DNA from: Octopus bimaculoides
Taxonomy: Eukaryota
DNA length: 54,159 nt
Assembly (NCBI RefSeq): GCF_001194135.2
Contig: NC_068994.1
Location: forward strand, 52,886,533-52,940,691
Direction: 5' to 3'
The first letter of the stretch is position 1; every line of letters starts with the position of its first letter. Below the pieces are notes generated by a model. The model was not told where the DNA came from, did not search any database, and was given only the letters and a program-made list of their open reading frames with translations. A program made the position numbers and the translations under genes. Positions 1 to 12,006 of this stretch are shown one piece after another.

Positions 1-568
1 ATATATATATATAATATATATATTGTCGTGTGTGTATGAAAGGGAGAGAGAGTATGTGTGCATGTGCAAGTGTGAATATGTACGTCCGTACGTGTGACTG
101 TATATATGAGCGTATGTTTGAGGGTGACTATAGGACCTTGTACTCTAACACAATTCACATAAATTACAATGTTTATGAAACCACCTTAACGTCTTTCATC
201 TCATTTGACACAGGCTCTCTGTTTCATACACCTTTTTACTTACCATTTAAATCTACTGCCAAATTCGATAAATCATGTCGAAAGTTATTTTGAAATTTAT
301 ACTGCGTTTATCAACAAGAAACTTGAAAAAAAAGAAGAATATCTTGTTAAACTCATTTTCACCCCTTAAATATATCTTTACTTACTACAGTTACATGTCA
401 AGTAGATGAGAAACATGTATTCACCTATTTTCACTGAGCACATAAATGTCACTTCTTAGAAATTTGTCCTAATTTTTGCGAATACCACGTCGCCATCTCC
501 TCGTTTTCGTTTTCTTTCTTTACTTTGTTGTTACCTTTCCATTTTCGGTGTTTCGTTAAGACAATTCC

Positions 569-791
569 TTATTATTATTCTTTTCTACTCGAGGCACAGG
601 GTCCGAAATTTGTGGGGAGGTGGCCAGTTGATTAAATCGACCCCAGTACGCAAATGGTACTTAATTTATCGACTCCGAAAGGATAAAAGACAATGTCAAC
701 TTCAGCAGAATTTGATCTTAGAATGTAACGCAGACGAAGTACCGCTAAGCATTTCGCCCGGCGTTCTAACGATTCTGGCAGCTCGGCGCCC
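569..791 (-). mobile_element. tRNA-derived SINE, family A, near-complete copy
   Basis: Reverse complement begins ggcgccgagctgccagaatcgttagaacgccgggcgaaatgcttagcggtacttcg, aligns with the + copy at 811 and other copies here, and ends in an (AAT)n tail. Confidence 0.85.
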
Positions 792-810
792 TATATTTCT
801 ATTCTTATTA

Positions 811-1172
811 GGACGGCGAGCTGGCAGAATTGTTAGCGCGCCGGGCGAAATGCTTAGCGGTATCTCGTTTGTCTCTACACTCTTAGTTCAAGTTCCACCG
901 TGTTCGATTTTACCTTTCATCTTTTCGGGATCGATTAAATAAGTACAAGTTACGCACTGGGGTCGATTTAATCAACTTAACACTTTCAGGCCTGACCACC
1001 TGAACCATATTTGACCATATACCTGGCACTCCACCGGTACTCTGCTGGTAGAGCAGTGCTACGGTATAGAGAAAAATAAGCCATCACCGGTAAACCGATG
1101 TTATGGGCTCAAAGATTTGTCCCTTCTCTCAAATTTGAGGCCTTGTCCTTCCAGTAGAACGGATTATTATTC
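811..1172 (+). mobile_element. SINE family A with an ~130-bp internal insertion (~981-1112)
   Basis: ggacggcgagctggcagaattgttagcgcgccgggcgaaatgcttagcgg...tacgcactggggtcgatttaatc, then unrelated sequence, then family 3' end aaatttgaggccttgt...ggattattat. Confidence 0.85.
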
Positions 1173-1222
1173 TTCGACTTGTTCCACTGCCATTTCTTCT
1201 ATAAATATTTCTATTATTATTA

Positions 1223-1375
1223 AGAGGGCGATCTCACAGAATCGTTAGAATGCCGGGCGAACGATGACCAGCATTTCGTTCGTCCTCATGTTTTGTGTTC
1301 AAATTCCGCCAAGGTCGACCCCGCCCCAAAATTGCTCGCCTTGTGCCAAAATTTGAAATCAGTATTTCTATTATT
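1223..1375 (+). mobile_element. SINE family A, internally deleted copy
   Basis: Head agaatcgttagaatgccgggcg, B-box-like gttcaaattccgccaaggtcgac, then a jump straight to the 3' end ccccaaaattgctcgccttgtgccaaaatttgaaa. Confidence 0.75.
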
Positions 1376-1386
1376 TTTCTTTCATT

Positions 1387-1496
1387 GCGCGGAACTGGCA
1401 GAATCGTTATCACGCCGGACAAATGCTTCGCAGCATTTCGTCCGACCTTACTCTATGTGTTCAAATTCCGTTGGAGTCGACTTTGCCTTTCATCCT
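1387..1496 (+). mobile_element. SINE family A, 5' half
   Basis: actggcagaatcgttatcacgccggacaaatgcttcgcagcatttcgtcc...gttcaaattccgttggagtcgactttgcctttcatcct matches the other copies. Confidence 0.8.
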
Positions 1497-2468
1497 ACCT
1501 TCTTTAAATTTATCTTCGCTTCCTCCTACAATTTTATTTATTGCAGAGTTTAACACATGGTCCTTAAATTACACGTTCTCAGAATCAACTCATCGTTTCC
1601 AATCGTTGAATATATACATAAGCAAGCTTCAAAAAATCTTCACCACCACTCATATAACGAACCAGAACGAAATGCCGATAGCAAATTCAGCAGTAAATCA
1701 ATATACAGCAGATAATAAAATTAACTAACATTAACAAACCTATCAACCATCATTCGGTCCTTCTCACTTCTCTTCAGCTCGCTGGTATCAATCTACACAG
1801 ATTGTAAATCAAAGTAGGAAGACCCATTAGGTTGCGACGAAATAGAAATAGAGAGCGATACATACATACATGCAAGCAAGCATGAATAAATACATGCTTA
1901 TATACATGCATACATATATATATTTCCTATGGAAATCATGTGGTGAAATAAATTTNNNNNNNNNNNNNNNNNNNNNNNNNNNNNNNNNNNNNNNNNNNNN
2001 NNNNNNNNNNNNNNNNNNNNNNNNNNNNNNNNNNNNNNNNNNNNNNNNNNNNNNNNNNNNNNNNNNNNNNNNNNNNNNNNNNNNNNNNNNNNNNNNNNNN
2101 NNNNNNNNNNNNNNNNNNNNNNNNNNNNNNNNNNNNNNNNNNNNNNNNNNNNNNNNNNNNNNNNNNNNNNNNNNNNNNNNNNNNNNNNNNNNNNNNNNNN
2201 NNNNNNNNNNNNNNNNNNNNNNNNNNNNNNNNNNNNNNNNNNNNNNNNNNNNNNNNNNNNNNNNNNNNNNNNNNNNNNNNNNNNNNNNNNNNNNNNNNNN
2301 NNNNNNNNNNNNNNNNNNNNNNNNNNNNNNNNNNNNNNNNNNNNNNNNNNNNNNNNNNNNNNNNNNNNNGTTGAGTTCCCTTTATTTGTTTGTTTGTTTG
2401 TGCGCATGTATGTGCGTCAGTGTGCATGTGTATAAACATATGTGTGTATGTATGTATGTATGTATGTG

Positions 2469-2575
2469 TCATTATTCAGTTTACAGATTTCTTGCAATAG
2501 AGAAAGAACCGGTTTCTAACCTAGATCCAAGATTCTTTCATTGCAATATCAGCGTTAACAGCAGTGTATTTTTGT
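2469..2575. repeat. Short unclassified dispersed repeat flanked by (TGTA)n/(TGTC)n; second copy inverted at 17064-17176
   Basis: Core atttcttgc-aatagagaaaga-cggtttctaacctagatccaa-attc-ttcattg is shared with the reverse complement of 17064-17176. Confidence 0.75.
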
Positions 2576-5134
2576 TTGTGTATATATATGTATGCATGCA
2601 TGTATATATGTGTGTATGTATGTCTGTCTGTCTGTCTGTCTGTCTGTATGTATGTATGTATGTATAAGAAAACATATAAGTTTGAGAGCAGTTTTAGCAA
2701 AGAAAATGTATGATTAAACCAATGATAACAACACACAATACGCAAAACAACAACAGAATAAGCCACTTAAAATTGAATAACACAAAGAATTTTTAGTATA
2801 ACTGTGTAAATTCGCAGAATCTGCAAGCAGACAAATATCCGACAAATAACAATAAACAGATGAACATTTTCAGAAAAACAAGATGTAATTACGGGAGACA
2901 AGAGGACCAGCGAAGTTGTCGTGGAATGCTATAAAATGACAATGATTAAAAAGACATGAATAAACATACGTCAACCAGGATGTAATATTAAAATACAGAA
3001 AAGAAGACACAGCTCCAATAAATTTGCAAATGAATAGCAACAGCAACTTTAGACGAGGTCTCCATAAAACCACATTACCAAGCGACGAATAACAACAGTA
3101 GATGCGCAAAAGAAAATGGAGTTGCTTTCGTGCATATCAACTATTTTGAAATACCGAGCAAAATCATTTGGTCCGACTCAACAGTGGCCTAATATCAAGT
3201 AAATATCATATATTGTTTATTGGTTGGCATTAGATTATTTTCACACTGTAAATAATCAAATGCCAATAAAAACTATGATAAAGCAGGAACTGAATTTTCA
3301 TTTTGTCTTCTGTGAAGAATATTTAACATTTGAATGTACAATCAGCTGTATTAAAGTGATTTAGAAAGCAAATTGTAAACAGATCGTGTCTAGACATTCA
3401 ACAGACATTTTATGTCATCAAGAAATCGGTATTTGAAATTTTTTGACCCAAAGGTTGAAGATTATTGAAAACGTGTGATAGAATGCGTGTCATTATGAAA
3501 CATGAACAATGGTATATATTCTCGATGAACGCTTGACGTCAGAATCTGCAGTTTCCCTTCCAGAAAATAATGATCTAACGGACTATGAAGCACAACTTAG
3601 AGATATGATTAAAGAAGGAGATATTTGGAAACTATATCAACGGAGTCAAAAGCAAGCTACTATCTGTCAAAGAATTATAATGAAGTTAAAAGGGAAAGTA
3701 CTCTTTCCATATCGATAAACTATATCACCCATCGAAAGCTTCATAGACAAAAAAATGAAAAAAAATATGGTGGAAAATGTCCAAAATAGACAATATAGAC
3801 AATGCAATTAATGAAAAAGGAGTTGATCTAGTAATATATTTGCCATCGAAGCTGGACACCATTGAAATATTCTAGAGCAAACTCTTTAGCAGATGGAAAT
3901 ACAGTTTAATAAATTCAGCGAAACGAAAACTGGAATTAGGTATAGTATGCTTGCTTTTCCCCCTCTCTTACTTTCACAATATGTATGTATATATATATAT
4001 ANNNNNNNNNNNNNNNNNNNNNNNNNNNNNNNNNNNNNNNNNNNNNNNNNNNNNNNNNNNNNNNNNNNNNNNNNNNNNNNNNNNNNNNNNNNNNNNNNNN
4101 NNNNNNNNNNNNNNNNNNNNNNNNNNNNNNNNNNNNNNNNNNNNNNNNNNNNNNNNNNNNNNNNNNNNNNNNNNNNNNNNNNNNNNNNNNNNNNNNNNNN
4201 NNNNNNNNNNNNNNNNNNNNNNNNNNNNNNNNNNNNNNNNNNNNNNNNNNNNNNNNNNNNNNNNNNNNNNNNNNNNNNNNNNNNNNNNNNNNNNNNNNNN
4301 NNNNNNNNNNNNNNNNNNNNNNNNNNNNNNNNNNNNNNNNNNNNNNNNNNNNNNNNNNNNNNNNNNNNNNNNNNNNNNNNNNNNNNNNNNNNNNNNNNNN
4401 NNNNNNNNNNNNNNNNNNNNNNNNNNNNNNNNNNNNNNNNNNNNNNNNNNNNNNNNNNNNNNNNNNNNNNNNNNNNNNNNNNNNNNNNNNNNNNNNNNNN
4501 NNNNNNNNNNNNNNNNNNNNNNNNNNNNNNNNNNNNNNNNNNNNNNNNNNNNNNNNNNNNNNNNNNNNNNNNNNNNNNNNNNNNNNNNNNNNNATATATA
4601 TATATGTATATATATATTTATATATATATATACAGCCATACACATCTACAGGTACTCACATTGCGTTCAGCCGCAGACATCAGAACTTAAATAAAGTAAA
4701 ACAGATTTCTAACTTAGAATATAATGAAGTGCAGACTTATTCATATTCGCCATTATTTTCGTAAAGAAAACATTACTTCGAAGACAGAGTTGAAATTTTA
4801 CCTACTAAATCTATCATCTCGAGTTTTTCTATTTATTATTTTTATTAATATATTAATTTCGTTGTTTGCTTTGGGCTTCCTTAATATGATACACATTCAT
4901 CAAGCTCACTGAGACATCGGATATTTCATAGTGTCACGCTGAAAAATAATCGTTGTATTAGTACGACTTGAATGTAGAGATGAATGAAGACAGGATGTAC
5001 ATGTGTGTATATAATATTGATATGTGCGTAGGTTGGTGTGTAATCGTACACATTTTATACGCACATACAAAACGTATTTATATCATAATGGTTTTGTGTT
5101 TGTATGCATCGCAAGGAATGGCTTGAGCGCATCT

Positions 5135-5214
5135 TGTGTATGTATATTATACGTATATGCATATATATTTGTATCAACAAATATATATGCATATACGTAT
5201 AATATACATACACA
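5135..5214. repeat. Perfect inverted repeat, 38-bp arms with 4-nt loop
   Basis: 5135-5172 tgtgtatgtatattatacgtatatgcatatatatttgt is the exact reverse complement of 5177-5214; loop is atca. Confidence 0.95.
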
Positions 5215-5235
5215 CACAGACACACACACACAAAC

Positions 5236-5290
<55 letters not shown>

Positions 5291-5963
5291 NNNNNNNNNN
5301 NNNNNNNNNNNNNNNNNNNNNNNNNNNNNNNNNNNNNNNNNNNNNNNNNNNNNNNNNNNNNNNNNNNNNNNNNNNNNNNNNNNNNNNNNNNNNNNNNNNN
5401 NNNNNNNNNNNNNNNNNNNNNNNNNNNNNNNNNNNNNNNNNNNNNNNNNNNNNNNNNNNNNNNNNNNNNNNNNNNNNNNNNNNNNNNNNNNNNNNNNNNN
5501 NNNNNNNNNNNNNNNNNNNNNNNNNNNNNNNNNNNNNNNNNNNNNNNNNNNNNNNNNNNNNNNNNNNNNNNNNNNNNNNNNNNNNNNNNNNNNNNNNNNN
5601 NNNNNNNNNNNNNNNNNNNNNNNNNNNNNNNNNNNNNNNNNNNNNNNNNNNNNNNNNNNNNNNNNNNNNNNNNNNNNNNNNNNNNNNNNNNNNNNNNNNN
5701 NNNNNNNNNNNNNNNNNNNNNNNNNNNNNNNNNNNNNNNNNNNNNNNNNNNNNNNNNNNNNNNNNNNNNNNNNNNNNNNNNNNNNNNNNNNNNNNNNNNN
5801 NNNNNNNNNNNNNNNNNNNNNNNNNNNNNNNNNNNNTAAGTGTACACATATATATATATATATATATATATACTCACGCATACCTATATACGTACAAACA
5901 CATATATAATATATATATATATATAGTTATATGTACTTATATACATACACATATATATTTGTT

Positions 5964-5998
<35 letters not shown>

Positions 5999-6293
5999 AT
6001 TGATATATATATATATATATATTCATCCTTTTTCTATCAATTTATTCTTCTATGTAACTTTTTATCTCATTATCCATACATTTAAAGATGTAACAAGGGT
6101 TATGATTTTAAAGATATTTTAAGAATAACATTGAATCATTTACGGATATGGTGAGATAAAAATAGTCGAATAAGCTTTCGAGCATTAAACTCACTACTTG
6201 CCAGATATTCCCTATATATTAAGACGTCATCTATCGGCCTTTCTACCTCTCTACTATCCAATCTACCTATGTACGATCTTAGATCTTTCTGTA

Positions 6294-6351
<58 letters not shown>

Positions 6352-6806
6352 ATTTAGAAATCTGTCTATCCATCCACATGTCTAGATACTTTTCTACGTA
6401 TCTCACTATCGGTCACTGCTTTTCTGTTTGCCTTTATCATATTTGTACTTCTTTATAACAATAAACCACAAGAGTACAATGGCGATTTTGCTTTGTAGAT
6501 GGCTACGAATGTCGAAGTCCAGCAAACATCACGTTTCGCTTTGGGTCTAAGACTGCAATGGTGTGGTCTGATAGGAGGTGACCGATTCCAGAAATGAGAG
6601 GTGGAGGCTGAAAATAGGTACGCATCTCAGCTACAATATTCCCAGGAACCGCAAAGTCGGAGCTTTTTTAATGACGAGAAAACATTAGTTTCATTAAGTT
6701 TTCAGAAGAAAGCGTCATTAATTAATTATAGTATCGTAGCTACGTGAACGTATATATTTATTTGTGTATCTCTATATGACTGTAATGTATATTGTAATAT
6801 GGTGAA

Positions 6807-6882
6807 GGCGTATGGCTCTGTGGTTAGACCGTCGGGCTCACAATCGTGAGGTAGTGAGTTCGATTCCCGGACCGGGCTGCGT
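6807..6882 (+). mobile_element. Isolated tRNA-like head of SINE family C
   Basis: A-box-like tggctctgtggttag and B-box gagttcgattcc; similar to the reverse complement of ~31830-31899; no acceptor stem. Confidence 0.75.
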
Positions 6883-7035
6883 CGAAACAATTGTAATGAT
6901 TAATAACAATTCTCGTCTCTCCCATTTTCCACCTTTCCTTAACCAAATACATAAACGAATACTGTGAAAGTCTTTGTACTTTACTAGTAAGCTACCAAGC
7001 ATAAGCCATTCGCTTCATTATCTAACATATATATA

Positions 7036-7172
7036 GGACTGTCTTCTTTCGGTTTCCGTCTACCAAATCCACTCACTTGTGAGGCATTTGGCAGCCTAGG
7101 GATATGGTAGGAGATACTTTTCCAATTTCTACCGCAGTGGCGCTGAACCCGAAACTCTGTGGTTGTAAAGCT
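7036..7172 (-). mobile_element. SINE family B, degraded 5' portion
   Basis: ttctttcggtttccgtctaccaaatccactcac...gcagtggcgctgaacccgaaactctgtggttg matches the reverse complement of 48279-48444. Confidence 0.75.
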
Positions 7173-7960
7173 AGTTATATATATATTCCTATCTACGCCT
7201 CTAATTAAGTAATTATCTCGAATGCATTGTAATTAACAAACGTTTAGAACTCCGTGTAAATCCTCTTGTGATATTATATACATTTCAATATTCAACAGCT
7301 CGTATCTGGGAGCGGAATAAAATAGAAGAGTTGGTTTAAGTGTTTTTTATTGCCTAATGATTTAACTATAAATCTCTCTGTGTGTGAGTGTGTGTGTGTG
7401 TGTATGTGTGTGTGTAAGGGTATGCATATCTATATGTATGTATAGACATATGCATATGTGAATGTATGCATACACACACATGAAGTAACAACTGCCTCTC
7501 TATCTCCAATTGAAAAGAAAAGATGAAGAAAAATGTTTTTATTCACAAATCATACAATAAAGATGATTTTATTTCTCAAAAGCGAAGCTCTATTTGACAA
7601 TGCAAATGCGCAATCTTTTATGAAAACTTCAAACTGCATTTTGACATATTTCAGGCGTTATCGAAATTGTCTATTTTTTTACTGAACATTTTAAAATCAT
7701 AAATCTCTTTGTTAAATTTCCTGTTTTTAATTCCATTCTTAATATGGTCTGAACGAAAATGTTCTACATTGTGTAACATCAAAGAGCATTGCAGCTAAAA
7801 TGGGTGGTTCTGCATTCGCTAGCTCTCACTTTGGTAACCTTCTTTTGCAAAACTTCTTTGCACGATACGTGAGAAATTTGCAAAGACACCCGTCTGTCCA
7901 TGATACGTGGGAGGTAAATTCTTTTCTGGAGAATTTATCTTTAATATTATATTTTTTGTC

Positions 7961-8336
7961 TTTTACTTGTTTTAGTTATTAGACTGCGGCCCTGCTGGAG
8001 CACTGCCTTAAAGAATTTTTAGTCGAACGCGTTGACCCTAGTACTTGTTTTTTTAAAACCTGGTCGTTATTCTATCAGTTACTTTTGCCGAACTGCTAAG
8101 ATACGGGGCTGTAGACACACCAGTACCGGTGGTCAAGCAGTGATACAGCGATATCACAGGCACTAACACACACGCACACACACACACACACACACACATA
8201 TGTATACGACGGAATTCTTTCAGTTCCCGTCCACCAAATCCACTCACAAAGTGTCAGTCGGACCGAGGCTATTGTAGAAGACACTTGTCCAAAGTGCCAC
8301 GCAGTGGGACTGAACCCAGAACCATGTGCTTGGAAC
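7961..8336 (-). mobile_element. SINE family B, near full length, with internal (CA)n
   Basis: gactgcggccctgctggagcactgcc...ttttgccgaactgctaag...(CA)n...accaaatccactcacaaag...gtgccacgcagtgggactgaacccagaaccatgtg. Confidence 0.85.
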
Positions 8337-9794
8337 GCGACGAAAAACTATGTTTACGGAGTCTTTAGTTGCAATATCTACCTCAATCAAGGATGTTGAT
8401 TATGCAATCTAGAAATCGACATCGACTGATGATATGAGTTTCCATATCAATTAATGATCAATTTCGCGACAGTTTACATTGCATTATAGATTCATCGGTG
8501 CGATTAAAATAACGCTGTTCGTGTTCATATCAAATGTCCTTATGGAAACGAACATATATTTGAAAAAGAATCAAAACTAATTTATACGTGGTTGGTCAGT
8601 CTATTAGAAATATATAGCAGCAGTCATACTCTCCATCAACACCACACGCACCATCTTAAGGACGAAGGACACATTAGATGAATTAGTCCTGCATACAATA
8701 TCGTCTAAATATAAATATATTAATATTCACGGCTTCAAGGCATTTTTTCATGCATATACTGCACCAGGGCATTCGGAGTAGTTAAATCATGATCACGGTG
8801 AAGTTTCACAGAACGACGGCTGATTAGAACACCGAGTTCCTTTTCCAATTTAGATGCAATTTATTACAATAGACTAGAAGCTAACTTTTCTTTCTATTCG
8901 ATAATATGCAAATGCTAAATTTTGATATGACGTATTACAATTTCTTTTCTTTATCGATCATAATAAGCCACTTATGATAAATCGATTCAGTAACACAGCT
9001 GTGACGCTGCTAGGAGATTTTTTCGGCAGAAACACACCCCAAAAGATATACTACACCCGAGAAATTTCTTTTCCAAAAAGCAAACTTGGGTAAAGCTTTT
9101 TTCCTTATAGAAAGCCAACAGATTTATCTCTTCCTGTCATTCATATTGTCCATGAGAAAGATATCAACATCGTTCCACGAATTTCCATCAGAACCCAAAT
9201 AAATGGAACAAAGTTAAAATGTCTAACAATTTCACTTTTCCACTGCTATGGACATGTGTAATTTCTTACTGATCTCGAAAGGATCTAATACTTTGGCTGT
9301 ATTTTGAACTCAAATGGCAGAGGTCAGAACAAGCCCCGAAAGTAATGTGTAAAGCTTTGTCAAATAAAATTTGACGACGTACTGGTTAATCTATTAAAGT
9401 GGAAATCTTAACTAGCAGGTATGCTCAGTCTATCAGGCAAATATATCTTGAAAATTATTGTTTCACTGTATATGTTTATTGGGATTAAAAGGCAATAGAA
9501 ACAAGGAATATGTTTTAGTTCTGGTGTTCTAGCATTAGCAAGGTGCTGGACTTCATTGAAACTGATTACCTGAATGTACTCCAAGTGAAATATATCTAAT
9601 CTGATATAATGTGATAGACTAATTACCCCCAAATATGTCGACACAAGTATACTGCATATTTAATCTCAGGGTACGCAGTTTGATAGAAGGTTGTTAATAA
9701 ACTTAGACAATTATCAGGAAGATAAGAAGGACAGAAAAACTTTAAAGACCAGATGTGCAAACGTGGATAAACTTTAGTCATGCATTTTACGTAC

Positions 9795-9939
9795 AGCGGT
9801 TCACCCTTTGTAAACAAAAACAACCAAGGCGGCTAACAAAATGATTTGTAATTTACAAATCGTTTTTCGTTTATGTTGACATTAAATCGAGAACTTATTT
9901 CTCTTCAAATAAGATTTATCAACACTAAAAGTAAACTTA
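9795..9939 (+). repeat. 145-bp exact direct repeat, copy 1 (copy 2 at 10530-10674)
   Basis: agcggttcaccctttgtaaac...taaaagtaaactta is identical on both sides of the 10005-10529 gap. Confidence 0.95.
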
Positions 9940-11680
9940 TGTTGTTTCGGTACCTTTGCGTATATGTGCGTGTGTGTGTGCGTGTCTATGTGTGTGTGTG
10001 TATANNNNNNNNNNNNNNNNNNNNNNNNNNNNNNNNNNNNNNNNNNNNNNNNNNNNNNNNNNNNNNNNNNNNNNNNNNNNNNNNNNNNNNNNNNNNNNNN
10101 NNNNNNNNNNNNNNNNNNNNNNNNNNNNNNNNNNNNNNNNNNNNNNNNNNNNNNNNNNNNNNNNNNNNNNNNNNNNNNNNNNNNNNNNNNNNNNNNNNNN
10201 NNNNNNNNNNNNNNNNNNNNNNNNNNNNNNNNNNNNNNNNNNNNNNNNNNNNNNNNNNNNNNNNNNNNNNNNNNNNNNNNNNNNNNNNNNNNNNNNNNNN
10301 NNNNNNNNNNNNNNNNNNNNNNNNNNNNNNNNNNNNNNNNNNNNNNNNNNNNNNNNNNNNNNNNNNNNNNNNNNNNNNNNNNNNNNNNNNNNNNNNNNNN
10401 NNNNNNNNNNNNNNNNNNNNNNNNNNNNNNNNNNNNNNNNNNNNNNNNNNNNNNNNNNNNNNNNNNNNNNNNNNNNNNNNNNNNNNNNNNNNNNNNNNNN
10501 NNNNNNNNNNNNNNNNNNNNNNNNNNNNNAGCGGTTCACCCTTTGTAAACAAAAACAACCAAGGCGGCTAACAAAATGATTTGTAATTTACAAATCGTTT
10601 TTCGTTTATGTTGACATTAAATCGAGAACTTATTTCTCTTCAAATAAGATTTATCAACACTAAAAGTAAACTTACTTAAATATTATTTATATATTTTTTA
10701 TAGCATGTTTACTTATCTTAACTTTTCGAACATTACTGCTATGAAATTTTACCCGAAATCATTTACAATTGCTGACAATAATCATGTAATAAAGAAAAGA
10801 AAACAAAAACAATGGTTTTTAAATTACAAAATTTATAAAAAGAAAATCGAAATGTGATAAAAACAACAGCGCAGACGATTTCAATCGAGAAATTATTAAT
10901 TGCTGCCCTATGACTTATTTTGAATACATTAAAGCTACATAGAACATCTTTTATTTGCAAATGTTTAATTTCTTTTGGAACAAACCCAAGAAATATGATA
11001 TTCAATGTAGAATATGCTAAGAAAACAATGCAAAAGATGAAAAGACAACACAAAAGAACAAAGACAAATTGTAATACAAGGAAAACAACAACACAACATT
11101 ACAAAATCATCATCAATATTTTATCCCATTGGTAAAAGCTTTCTAGAAAGCAATTCGTCTTAAGAACTGATAACAACAACAACTTAAAGACAAGGAAAGA
11201 AGACTACAGAGGAGAGAAGAAGAAATAAAAATGAAAATAAGTATCATAAAGAGAAAGAGAGGGAGCGGGATGAAAACGGTAAAAATAAATAAAGAGAATA
11301 CGAAGAGCCAAGAAAAGAAATAATTATAAGTGTGGAAGTAGAGAAATGCAGAAAATACATGGTGAAAATCTAGAGACAAGGTGAAAAACAAAGATAGGAA
11401 ATAAGTGAACTGAGNNNNNNNNNNCCATTAGAAATAAAATTCCTTAGCAAAAACGAATAAATTTTCATGAATGCCTCGTTTAATAGTGTTGCACTAATAG
11501 TAGACTGGGATGTTTTGATACTTTGTACATCGTTATCGGCGATGGATTAACCCAGTCGTTATGAAAAGCTTTTAATAAAGACATTGAAACATTTGATGTA
11601 TTCGGACACGGTTATATCTAACCGACGCGGGAGTCTCTACGTGGTCTGTAGCTTTACTTTGTATTGCAGCGCCACTCCTT

Positions 11681-12006
11681 TATAAAATGAAAAAGCAATG
11701 CCACGGCGCTAGCGCGTGCAGACGCCGTTGTTTGTCTGTACACTCACACGCACACACGTACACACACAACACACGCACACACACAACACGCTTACACAAA
11801 CGCATATACATGTGTGTGTGTGTGCTTGTGCGCGTGTGTGTGTTTGAGAAAGAGAGAGAGAGAGATAGAGATCCAAGGATCGAGGTGTAGGAAGAAGGTT
11901 AGCTTCAAGCAAGCCGTACAAAATATTAAAAATAAGTTTCTGGAGCAACAGTCGTTTATTGCGGCGGAAGATTGTGAATTTCGTTCCGTATCGAAGTATG
12001 GTAAGC
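11681..12006 (+). promoter_or_regulatory. Candidate TATA promoter and first exon ending in ATG followed by a 5' splice site
   Basis: TATAAAA at 11681-11687; locally CpG-rich; gcggcggaag motif near 11961; ATG at 11998-12000 directly followed by GTAAGC. No downstream exon identified. Confidence 0.3.

Noticed and set aside
6807-6882. tRNA gene (also 46746, 48279 and ~31830-31899)
   Set aside because: A/B boxes are present but there is no acceptor stem or cloverleaf, and three of the four continue into SINE bodies.
7800-7982. 60-aa ORF ending near a GAG|GTAAAT donor
   Set aside because: No recognisable homology or good acceptor, and its 3' end runs into a SINE.
9400-9790. piggyBac-like C-terminal Cys domain (KDRKTLKTRCANVDK)
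   Set aside because: Only a vague resemblance; no catalytic DDD motifs could be recovered upstream.
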